Notes under the pieces: generated by a model
Databases searched by the model: none
Told to the model about the DNA's origin: nothing
Seen by the model: only the letters and a program-made list of their open reading frames with translations
Made by a program: the position numbers and the translations under genes
Shown: positions 1 to 12,400 of the stretch, in pieces
Numbering within the stretch: the stretch's first letter is position 1
Layout of the letters: each line of letters starts with the position of its first letter
Assembly (NCBI GenBank): GCA_028711115.1
Contig: JAQTSV010000001.1
Location: 1,496,928 to 1,560,927 of the forward strand
Reading direction: 5' to 3'
Length of the DNA stretch: 64,000 nt
Source: Candidatus Omnitrophota bacterium
GTDB taxonomy: Bacteria; Omnitrophota; Gorgyraeia; Velamenicoccales; JABMQK01

Positions 1-455
1 GCAACAACTTTTCCTTTATGAATTTTGAATATTCCTTTCTGCCATTCTTCTAAAATGCCACGGGATATGCCGTTACCTTGGTCTTTTATGGAAATTATAA
101 ATTTTCCGCCAGATACGGTAACGCTAACGCGTATTTCAAATTGAGATTCAACCGACTCCATCCTTCCCTGTTTTATTTCTTCATTAAAATATGCGTATAC
201 GGCGTCAATCGAATTAGGAATAATGTGCTGTATCATATCTACAATGACAAAATCTAGGTAAAAATTATTCTTTTGTTCTATTATGCGCATGCAGTATTTA
301 TATAATAGTTCTATTATTTTGCTGTAAGCATAAATATAGGAAGTAACTCTTAATTTACCTTTTATCAAACGATCTATCATCTCGGTTTTGCTGATTGACG
401 GGATAAAATAATAAAATATGGAAAAATCCATAACGAGGTTTTCATCCAAGTCGTT
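1..455 (-). other. Module: GHKL (histidine-kinase/HSP90-type) ATPase-like; its C-terminal end runs off the window
   Basis: Peptide IIPNSIDAVYAYFNEEIKQGRMES...ISIKDQGNGISRGILEEW has an N-box-like NSIDA and a DxGxG motif. It is a clear paralogue of 1494-2111. Upstream junction is SASSPM at 456-473. Confidence 0.5.
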
Positions 456-3400
456 CATCGGCGAGCTGGCGGATTGACTATGTCCATAACTATTTCTAAG
501 CGAACTATTTCGTGCAGCCCTTCTTGCATGCTGCCACTTATGCTCTGCTCCCTCTTGTAATTCTCTAATCCATGCACGTCTGCGGGACTCATATAGATCT
601 CTGCGTATACTATGAACATCTCCTTTAGCGCCTCCAAACACGAATGTTGCATGATCTGTGTAATATTCTTGCATATATTCATATACTTCCTCATCATCGG
701 GAAGACTAACGGCAAAATCTGGATGTAATCTCAATAATGCGTCTACTTCAGCTTTTACCCTTCTTAATTCATTAGCTCCCTCTGCTAAGTCTTCCATAGA
801 TACAGCATGATTCGTAAAACATTCTTCAGTAAAATCAAAATAATTTTCTCTATCCCTTATCATAGAATCCAGAGCCGATTCAACTTCTCTTTCATCTTCT
901 AGGAGGAGTGCAAAAAATAACTCATGTTTCCTGACAAGCAAATGCGTGTGAGCAAAGATTATCGCATGACTTATGCTTGTCAAATGAGCGCGCGCTAAAG
1001 CCTGCTCAAAAACCTCATGAGCAAAACTCGCTTTGCCGAAATATATCCCTTCTTGCGCCTCTCGCCGTGACATCTTCTCTCTGCAATAACAAATTATATC
1101 TGCATTGTCATCATAATAAAGCGCATCACTAGCTTCATCTGGTTTTCTTTCTATAGCGCCTATATGCTGTGCAAATACAAACTTATCTATTGCTCTTAAA
1201 TGCCTTATAGAACCTAATCTAACTATGTTTTCCCAACCAATATCCAATGCCTTCTCCCTTGCCTCTAAACTAAATATTTCAAGCGGTGAGCTGGAAGATT
1301 CAACCCCAGGCCCTTCTGGGAAAGTCCGGAGTTCGAGGGGCGAACTCACGGGCTCAAAGCCTGTATTAATTCGGCTTTGGGTTCCCAAAAGGACCTGGTT
1401 TTTCGCAAAAAGATTCCAGAACCTGCCACGGTAGGTGGAATCTTGCGAAATAAATCTATTTTTTGACATATTGAAATTAATGGGGCTGGAAGAAACATCC
1501 TTTCCTAAATTAATTATTAATCTGACTTCTGTTCCATGCGCGTCTTTGGCAGCATCGGATACATGCAAACTTTTCACTCCTTTTTCATCCTGAGTGAATA
1601 CAGAGCGTTTTCCTTTATGGTAAGTTTCATAGACAACTCTTATCTTGTCTCTATATGCTGGCCATAAGACGTGATCTTTAACCCCTATTCCTGCGCGACC
1701 CAAAGAAACACATCCTTCTTTATGACTTTTGAATTCTCCTCTAACCCAACCTTCGAGAATATCGCAAGATATACCAATGCCTTGGTCTTTTATGGAAATT
1801 ATTACTTGTTCGCCGGAGAGTTCGATGTTTATATCTATTATGAATGTGGTTTCTTCCGATTTCATCCTTCCTTGTTTTATTTCTTCATTAAAATATGCGT
1901 ATGTGGCATCAATCGAATTAGGAAGAATACTGCCTATTATATGTGTTATAACTGATGGCAATTCGTTATAAAGTTGACGCATTCTCAATAACATTTCCAT
2001 TTCTGTTAATACAAGAAAATTTAAATACAATTCGCCGTATTTCAAAGAAGAAACCAATTCTTCTGTGCTTATTAACGGGATATAACGCACGGCTAAGGAG
2101 AAATCATAACGCAGAGGGCTGGAGGAGATAGCGTGTAGCGGATAGCGGATAGCGGATAATTCAGAATCCTGACGGCTCATCCCTGTAGAGACGCCGCCTG
2201 AAATCGGCCAGTCCGAAAGCCCGCTGTTTAATCTTGACGCGGTTAATTGATCTAATATCGGCGAAGATGCGAGTGTCTTTGCAACCTGCGCCACAACCGC
2301 CATATCTTTGACATATACTTTTTTGATTCCGAAGAATCTGGATAGCGAATAGAAATTAATATTGCAACCCCACAATTGTCTTGTATCTGTTAAATGCCTA
2401 AATCCCCACTCTATATATTTTCGTTCATGGTCTTGATTAAAAGGAGTAATTACAAAACGACCTGAAGGACGGAATTTATTGTGTATGGAACAATTTTCCA
2501 ACAGCCTTTGAAAAACCATATTTATACTAAGATCTGTATTAATCATCACAAGATCATTAATAGAATGCTCGGGAAGAAACCACATAAATATTCCTATGTC
2601 GGCCTTAATAAGGCATACGTTTTCTCTGGGATTGGTTTGCGCTTGTAATAGACCGAGATCCCATTGCCGTGCTACGTATTGATATATCGGTCTAAAGCTT
2701 TCCGAAACTTCATCATACAAATCAATTCCGATTACGCCGAACTTTGGTTTCTGCCTGCCTATTTCATAAGCGACTTTGCCTTGGCCGGTCCCTGCTTCGA
2801 TAATAATAAGTTCTTTGGTTTGCAATATACGCATTGCTTTTTTGACATCGCTTTCCTTACCCCTATTCATCTTCATTAAATAATCTTCGAGCTTTTGCCA
2901 GGCTTCCTGCGGCGACTGTGTCTTCGAATCGGAAACCGGCGAGGAGGCTAACCCAGAATGTCTCTTGGTAACTAACACGCTCATATAATTACTTGCATTA
3001 AAGAATGCATCGAGAACTTTCTCAACATCGACATTTCCCAAAACATATGCCAAATCTTTCATGTGGCCCATAATCGCGGAATCACTTCTTATTTGATCCT
3101 CATGGACAAACTGACCGCCGAAATAATGACCGCCATTCAACCATGCTCCCTTGAGATCATTTCTCAGCCAGCCATGTTCGAGCGTACAATCCAGTCCTTT
3201 CCTTATCTCTTGCATCTGTGCTTCATCCTGAGCAACAGCTAAAGCCAAAAGCGCATTTTTTGTTTTTCTGCTTATATCTGAGCAATACACGAATCTTCCT
3301 CCTCCAAATGCCCGCTGGAAAAATTCCTCATGAGAAGTAATCGTAGCTCTCCAGCCTAACGCCCGAGCCACTGACTTTAATAACAAGGCGTTTACAGAAC

Positions 3401-6400
3401 CAGTCACATCTAATGCGATAGGCGCATGCGGTAAGCGATGAACAAAAGAATTCCTAAAATAGTCATATTTGCAAAAACAATCAATAATATAGTAATCAAA
3501 GAAATGCATACAGCCGTAAGGCGAAAGTAAACGCAAAGAATTCTCTAAATGCTTTAGTGCAACTAAATTGACAGGAATATAACATTTACTGACGCCGGAT
3601 AATTTTACATACCTCTTAATTAACCTGCCAAAAGGAAGGAGAGATATATTCGGTATCCGCCTATACTTGAATTCGTATTGAACATTCGCAAATGAAAAAC
3701 GTAAATCAAGTTTCTCAAGCTCTCCGAAATCTTTTTTTCGAAGTGCCTCCACAAAATGCTCTACAGGGACAACTCCACCATCCTTAGTTCTTACATCGCA
3801 GTTCTCTTTGATATATGCCCGCCACCATGCTTCATAGAATTCGCCATCATAGTAAAATAATTCCTGCGCTGGCAAATCATCGTAAAACTCATTAAAACGG
3901 ATAAGCATAGCCGTCCCTTCTTCTATTTCGGGTAGCTGCTCAAGCGCATCTCTCTGTAAAAATACAAGTTGCCCTAAATGTTCTTCGAGGCTGTAATTAG
4001 CACGTGCATCGTCTAACATTTTCTGAGAGAAATCACAAAGGAAATAGCGGATTCGCCTGTAATGCTCGGGATTTAATTCTTTGATTTTGTCCAGAAAATC
4101 ATGCGCAAAATCTCCTTTGCCAATGCCCCATTCGACAACGATGACCTGTTCAGGTAAAAGCCCTTCTATTTCGAGGTACTTTAGATGTTTATCAAATTCG
4201 ATGGCACAGGCTATTGCTGTATGCGGACTTCTGCTTGCCAATGTTATAAAATCACTATTAATCTCGCCACCGCGCAGGCGATAATAAAATCCATTGTTAA
4301 AACTAAATATGCTCTCGTGGTGCGCCGAGCCTTGCATCGGCACAAAATGTTCATCAAGATATACACGTTTTGGCCATCCAGAGACATCGTAACCAGCATG
4401 TTGAAATTCTGGCAATGAAGCATCACTACAATGATCATCTACTCCGCCATTTGGGCCGCTAAACCAATCGGGGTCAATTTGGTATCCCCATAAAAGGTTG
4501 TTTTGCACGTTGTCTATATCTGCATCTTCTTCATCCTGAGCAATAACATTCACCGGCGAGGAGGAGATTCCTGGCTTGTCATCTCCGCCTTCCATAAACA
4601 AAGGCAGCTGCCCAGGTAAAACTAATTGCTGGGTCGGTTGCTCCGGCTCTTTAATATAAGACTTTAGTACCCCGTCATATAATAATTCCGCCCCACTTCT
4701 TCTGATCACCAAGAAAAGACGCCTGTCGCTTTCATCGGTCTCAGGCTCTAAGACCCGTTCCAAAAGAGGATATCTAAGCTTAGCAAACCCAATTTTATAA
4801 AAGAAATCTCTTGCCTGCTTTCCTTCCTGCGCATAATCGCTGTCTTCCGCCGGATGGACTGCAACAATTCCCTTAAGGCCTTCTTTCATCTCGGGATCAT
4901 CTATACTTCTTTCGATTACTCTGGCAACAATGACTTTACCCAAACCGCGGCCTCTGTATATTTCTGAAATCTCCATATAATCTATCATATAAATTTCCAC
5001 CGGAGATTCATCGGCAAACATAAACAGGCCTTTATGATAATATGCAATTCCTAAAATCTGCCCGTCTTCTGAAACCAACTCCACAAGAAATCCCGAGAGA
5101 TAGTTCTCAATTGCACCTTTCCATTTGCTTCTTCTAAAATAATGCTCCCTGCCGGAGCCAAACCATTCGTCCAATATTTCCTGCATCTTTCTTTTGCCGG
5201 TTACTTCCTCCAAATGATAGATAATCTCGCCTGCCTGAAGTAGGCTGTGTTTTATAGTGTTTTTTACCGGCGAGGAGGCGGATGTCGGACTTCTCGGCGC
5301 GGCCGGCAATCTCATATAGAAACGGTATGTAAATCCACCGTTCCCCATATATTCTTGAATGGTTATCTCTTCTGGTATGATGCTCCATTTAAGAGGATCT
5401 AATGAAATACTTGGTTGCGCTGAATCATCAGTCATCTCATCAAATATGAGCCACTTATAATCTTCTAGCCCAAAACCAATTGCCAAAATTTCTAAGAAAT
5501 CCGCAGATTGAACCATCCTGTAAAAATCATCTTCGGTTTCATATGTAGATTCAAGAACTTGCATTAAGTGTCCAATTATTTGCAGGCACCGCCTGGCATC
5601 TGAATCACCCATATCCTTAAATTTGCCTATCTTGATAATTAATATAGGCTCATTGATAACCAATCCATGCTCGGATAACGAACCAATTTGTAATGTTGCT
5701 ATATAGTATCTGCCTTGAGCAAGCTGACTGCCAAAGAGCACATCTAAAAGCTTACTGTTGTGTTCATCGAGCGGTGAAAAATCATAACCATTACGCTGTA
5801 GCAATGGACTAAGGACAACAGCTGTTCTTTTTTCCGGGCGAAAATATAATATATTTTCATGTTCTTCTGGTGATAGCGAATAGAAAAATTCGAATTCCCT
5901 GCCGTAAAGTTCTTCTAATTTTGTTATCGGCGAGGAGGAAGTTTCTTCGGGCGAATTAGAACTACCAGAAGGAATAACCTGCCAGTACTGTGGATTATTA
6001 TTTGAAAGATCCACATAATAATCAACCGGATATTGCTGTGCATACTGGGCGAAACTAGGTACTAACGCCAGTTTATAAAACTTGCCTATACCCTCTGCTA
6101 CATCTGGAGACAATCTACCAATCCTTTGTTCAAACAGGAATGGCGACCGTTCATTTATTATACGATAGCGTAAATCAGAAATAGTACCGCGATTGGCATA
6201 ATTACCTTCAATAACAACTATCATTCTCTTGGTTAAACGGAAAGTACGAGTAGCATAAGTCTTCTGTCTATTATTAAAAGCATTTTCTACGGTAATCATT
6301 ACTTCATCCTCATTAGAACGTTTGAATCTCTCGATTGCTTTGTAAAACTTCAAAATGGCATCCCAATCGAAGAAATCCATATGATCGCAATATGGTTGTC

Positions 6401-9400
6401 CGCTTTCTATTATTTGTGCAGTCATCCTTTTACGCCATTCTCTATCTCTCAAAAACATATCCAGGCCAGGAAGATTACCTTGGTCATCTGACATAATTTC
6501 GTAACCCAAATCACCAAGTCGTTCACATAAAACGCCGCTTACTGCTGTCTTACCTGAACCTGAGATTCCACAAATAGTAACGACAAATGGCTTATGTGTT
6601 TCGGTGGATTTTGATAATTCAATAATCTGCTTACCCATAATCTTCGCAATTGACCCAAAAACAGACCTCTTAAGAGCAGAATATATCGCCAAACATTTTT
6701 TATCCAAAACTCCATCACTCTCAAATGAGAAATGAGAAGTCTTTACATCATTATCTATAAACAACCATTCTGCTTTGCCGCCTATGCCTAATTCAACAAT
6801 AGCATCTGCCGCAAGTTCATCAGATAGTCTCACGGTTTCACTTGAATACATCGGAATATTAACTGTGGCAAGTATCGCATCAATAACATCTTGGCGACTC
6901 GTAAGATACCCCGCATTGTTATTCGATACAATAAGAACTTCGGGATCTCTTACTTGAACATTTCTCTTAATAAAATCACTCACTGCTAATCGGACCTTAG
7001 TCATCCTTCTTGTATGTGAGCTAAATTTATTGTGTGCCTGCAATAAGGTAAACTTAACTTCTGTTTCCTGAAAGCTCTTGGATAGAAAGTCTTGAAAATC
7101 TTGAAATATAGTATTAGCCACAAAAACCTTGCATTGATGATGTGGACTCCCAGAATAATATTTAAATACTTCCACATCTTCAGCAAATCTTTTTCCTAAA
7201 AGACGCAGGGCATCAGAAACGCGAAGCCCTTCCAAAACAAAAACATGATTCTCTTCTTGTTTCAATGATTCCCTCGCAATCTCAGAAAAGATATAGCCTG
7301 CGAGCCTTACTCCATCTGCGACTGATATAGCCCCAGCGGCAACAGCAGAAGTGGTTATGCCAAAACTTTCTCCCGTATAGGCTTTGAATATTAAGGGTAT
7401 GTCTGCTTTTTGTGCTTTTACCTTGAAGTAAATTTCTAATGCCAAATTATGTACCATGAAAGCAGCTGCCAGGAATCCTTTTGCTTCCACTCTATCTCTT
7501 GGAATGTTTTTAGCAGAAAAAAACAGCTTCGTCGGGTCAGGGCGCCCCTCGCTGTCAGTAAGTTTTAATGCTTCGGCTGCTAACGTATAAAGCGATTGTA
7601 TTTGTGGTATGCCTGTATCATATAAAGAACTCCCTGATTCTCTATAATAATCTATACTGCCAAAACTTGGGAAAAGTCCGATAAATTGAAGTTGGATATC
7701 GCCACTTCTTATACTCTGTGATTTTGCCACCGGAGAAGAGGAGCGGTTGCGCGGCGCGGCCGGCAATCTCATATAAAAACGATGCATAAGTCCGCCGTTA
7801 GCTACACATTTTTGGATATCTACCTCTTGGGGTACAATATTCCATTTAAGAGGATTTAAGAAAATATTTATTTCCAGTGAATCATCCATCATTCCGTCAA
7901 ATATAAGCCACTTTTCGACTTCCAGCGCAGAATCAATCGCCAAAACTTCTAAGAAATCTGCAGATTGAACAATTCTGTCAAAATCATCTTCGGATGCATA
8001 TCCAAGGGTTTGCCTCAAGTGTTCAATTACGTCCGGACCAACGTCTGAATAAAACAGTTCCTCGAGATTGCTTATCTTGATAATTAATATGGGCTCATTG
8101 ATGATTAATCTACGTCCGAGCAAGGAACCGCGCTGTAACGTTGCTATATAATATCTGCCCTGGGCGAGCCGGCTTCCGAAAAGGACGTCTAAAAGCTGGC
8201 TGTTTTGCTCATCGAGCGGCAAGAAACCATGGTAATTGAGTTGTAATAATGTGCTAAATACGACCGCTGTTCTTTGCGCCCGGCTAAAATATAATGTATT
8301 TTCATACGCTGTTGGCTCCATAGAATAGAAAAATTCGAATTCCCTGCCGTAAAGGTCTTCTAATTTTGTTATCGGCGAGGAGGATGCTGAGGAAATAATG
8401 CTCTCGCATTCTTGTGATGTAGATAACAACAAATCCCTAACTTCGGCAACTATGCCGGTATTTTTAGAACGCCAGTTAATTACTCTGTTTCTGAAAGAAT
8501 GCGCCATACTTAATCTTATGTCTTCATATTCAGCCAGAATTGAATTGTCCAAAATCATTTTTAAATCTCTTCTTCCTCTTTCTTCCCATAACTTGGCTAA
8601 CCGGGACTCTGTTTCAGAAACTTTCGCTCCTGCCTTTACGCGATAATAGCTTAAAATAGCAGAATGCAGATACTGGATAACTCTGGCGATTTGCTCAATC
8701 TCATATATATCTACAAAAGCGTACTCCAGACGCACATAATCAATGCCTCTCAAAGGAATAACGGTTCCTTTTTTGCTTCTGATTAAAACAACTTTTTCTG
8801 TCTTTTTTATCTGCGCCCTGTTATCGCTCACAAACGCTATAACTATGGCAAACATCAACAAACGCGCATATTTGATAAATCCCTGGGCTGATAACTTATC
8901 CCAAACTCGTTTAGGAACTCCAATATTTATTTGAACAGAAACCATATCTTCATCCGAAATTTTCATTGCTTTCCTTAATTGCTCCAATATATATAACTGC
9001 GTCCTAAAGCTCCAAGACGGCCTGAATTTAAACTCCGGCAAACTATAATCATCCCCCTCATATGAATAATCATCGAATTCAAAAGGTATTGATTTGATAG
9101 CTTTGCGACTTCTTGCATCCAATTTGCCGTCTCCAATGATTGATAAATATATATCTTCGTAGTAATCCCATAATAATTCCACCTCAAACCCGACCGGCGC
9201 ACCTAATACTGACTCGCAGGACTCAAAGCCGCGTATAATCCTTGGTTCTCCGAAACGTACCGCGTCCTGCGCACCCGGCAACAAATCGCTCACTGGCGAG
9301 CTGGAGGCTTTAGTCGGAGAAACAGGACTGTCTGAATCAGAAATAACTCCGGAGGGCAGGCTAAAGAATTTCTGCTTCATCTTCTCGATTGTCGCTGAAC

Positions 9401-12400
9401 CAATTCCATCAACTCTTTTCTGTAAATCTTCCCAGGATTTAAATGCGCCATTGCTTCTTCTTTCTATTATTATTTTCTTTGCTAAAAATAAAACATCTCT
9501 TATCCTTAAAAGAAACAGACAACCGCAAATTTCCTTGCAATCCATTTCATTAAGATTTTTGGGCTTCTGAAACACCAAACTTTCTGCTTTCTCAGCGCAA
9601 TATTCAGCTATTGCCCTGCTTCTGCCTTTCCTATAGAAGAATTTTCTCGGAATCTCGACAAGCGCCAAAACTTTGAGCAGCCCCCTCTTGGCATTTATTT
9701 TCTGCAGCAAATCAAATTCCGCCTGCTCGTAGCTATTCCAACTACCGCTGTTAAAATGCCTTGCGATTTGTCCCTCTGAAACATAACCCACCACTCCTAA
9801 TGCGTAGTAATATCTTCCTGTGGAGGGATTTTGTATAACTTCTAAAATATAAGAAGGAATGTCGTATTCTTGTTTTACCCTAAGGGACATCTTTAAATCT
9901 GCTTCATTAACTCTAAGGTAAGTGTCTCTTCGCCCATAACTCTTACCATTAAACAAGGGATGAGTAAGCAAGGGATGGATATGCCCTCTGCCGAGTATAA
10001 ACTCCTGCTCGCCCCTTAAAAAGAATGCCACAAGATGTATAAGACTACATGCACAAGTATTGGAGCCTCTTTTTTCTGAAGGGGCTACATACAACTTAAA
10101 TGTTTTATCTGACTTAGAATAGGTAAGCACAAAACCGTATTCTTTTACGGGATCTCCTAAAATTTCTATTGCCTCTAATAAAACTGACGCCATATCTTTA
10201 TATTGCGGTTTAGCCGTGCCTGATAAGAAAGACGCATGCAGCGAGCCCGGTATCAGGCCTCCGGCGTCTATAATACTTAACACCGGCAATTCTAAATCCG
10301 GGATACTCTTTGATGTAACCAAAACCAAATCTATCCCTTTCGTCTCGATATATCGGGCCTTTATTTCGCCTTCGCCTATCGGTATCCTGACGAATCCGTG
10401 GTTATTGCCTTTGTTGTTATTATTTATACATCTGACCGGCGAGCTGGAGATAATCTGCGCTAATGGCACCAATTTCTGTTCTATCACCATTTGGTTTAAT
10501 GAGGACTCTAATTTCTGGAAAATAAGGTCTTGTGGTTTTGCTGTGTAACTTGATGTCGGGGAAAGAGATTTTTGTGGCTTAGCGACAAAACTTAACCTCG
10601 CCTCCTGGCCGATGAGATCATTGCCTCTTAAAACCGGCTGGCGTACATACATAACCTCAACCTCGTGCTCCGCTGCTCGCTCGACATTTAGAAGGCCTAT
10701 ATGGCTGCAAGTCCATGATTCATATCTTGAGCTAAGGCGCTGGATAATATCTTCTCTGGTAATCGGTTTACCGTCGACTCCTTCGTCATACACAGAAACT
10801 AATCCTTTATCAAAATTCCATGCCACCGCTATCATTCTATTGTTTCGCAGCCGATTACCGTGAATAATAGCATTTGTTATCATCTCATGGGTAATTCTCT
10901 GTACATAGATTAGCATTCCTCCTTCAGGGCGCCTTAGTTGTGCAAGCATACTGGCAATTTTTTTGGAAATTCTAATTGGATCGTATGGTTGTACAGCCCT
11001 TAAGAATTTTACACAATCAGGAATATATACGGCGCCGCGGTTCCTTAACTGCGCGGAATTAACGAAACTATAGAAATCTTCCGCGCTTCGCAAAGTAAAA
11101 ATATTTCCCGCGAAATTGCGTTCTATTTCTCTGCGCAATTCCACTCCTCTGTTTAGGCCTTTTTCAACTCTTGAGCGCGGATATACCTGGCGCTTAGGCA
11201 GTATTTCAGGACCCATCATAACCAAAGCAGATTGAGAAGAAACTTTTCTGCCGTTTCTGTAGCCTGCACGCGGATGCCCTGCCACCGGCGAGGAGGAGCG
11301 AAGCGGACTACTCATCGTGCCAAAAGAGGTAAATTCCTTTAACCTTAAAATCGCTGCTTCAAATTTTCCTTTCACACCGCTAGTGAGGACTTGCTTATCC
11401 TCTTGAAAACTCATTTCTATTTCCTGAACCAACCCCGACAGACCCTGCTTTACAGAATCCAATTTCCCTAAATCAACCTCGCCTGTTTTCACGCGGTTAA
11501 TCCTTATTTCCCGAATTTCTCTTATTCTATCCCTAAGCCTATATTCAAATTGACTTATCAATTCGTGCTTAGAGTAAAATTGACGATTGTTAATTATTGC
11601 AATTAATAGCATGACGTCTGCTTCTGCTGTGATTAAGATTCTCAACTCAGGAAAATCATGGAAAATCTGTTCGGCTGTCTTTCTTTCTTCTACGCTTTTC
11701 TTAATTTCATTTGTAGTAAAACCAAATCTGCCGATTATGGTGCAAAGAGTACATGGCTCTCTAGTTATAAATACATTTCTACTTTTTATTCCTGCTATCC
11801 CACCGAGAATTTCTTCTGTTAAGCCTAAATACGGGTAAATCTCATGAAGCTTAGACTGAATACCAGGCATGTCTTCGTCTTCTATTAATTCCATCTGCAT
11901 CGCTCTTTCTTGCGCCATCCCCAGGGCTCCCCATATACTATTTAATTCTTCCGGTGCAAATGCTGTTTCTCCGGATAATTTTCTGTACAAACAGTCCTCG
12001 CTCATTCCTAATCTGCTGCAAAATTCTTTTATAGAAAATCCTGCCAATGCGGTAACCTGGCGTAATCTTGTTTTGTCTATCGGCGAGGAGGATGTTTTGC
12101 GGCTTAAAGCAACCGCTTTCCCGGAGCTAAAAAATAAAATGCCCGGTGTAGCAAGGGGCGATGAGGCAGAAGCCGCTGCCAAACGCTCAACCTCAACAAA
12201 GATACTCTGAAGCGGCTCTTCCTCGTCATAATGAATCGCCCTAAATCTCTCTGTTGAGGATGGAATCCAATCCAAAGAAGATTCTGTAGTAATAACTACT
12301 GAAGGAATATTCAAAAGATAACCAATATGGGCGATAGAGGTGTCCATAGTAACTATACAATTTATCTTTCGTAAGAGCTCAATGGTTGCTGCCCTATTCT

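Noticed and set aside
1299-1320. The conserved G-P-G at the end of the element peptide as a 2A-like (NPGP) ribosome-skipping site.
   Set aside because: The 2A consensus D-x-E-x-N-P-G-P is not present. The G-P-G follows directly from the conserved nucleotide block CCAGGCCC.
5925-5945. The GGAGGA strings on the plus strand as Shine-Dalgarno sites for plus-strand genes.
   Set aside because: No consistent ATG-initiated ORF follows them on the plus strand. They are the reverse complement of Ser-Ser codons in the junction peptide.
9961-9995. GRGHIHPLLTHPLF in module 9306-10433 as a JAB/MPN (JAMM) metalloprotease motif.
   Set aside because: The HxH is present, but the spacing to the following Ser/Asp does not fit HxHx7Sx2D, and I saw no upstream conserved Glu. 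This is too weak to call.
4551-12092. The recurring GC-rich strings GGCGAGGAGGA / GGCGAGCTGGA could be read as a CRISPR-like or REP-like repeat array.
   Set aside because: The conserved core is only about 11-14 nt. Spacing is irregular (about 30 to 4,400 nt). All copies are in one strand and one codon phase and vary synonymously. They encode S-S-S-P-[VIL] inside a continuous ORF.
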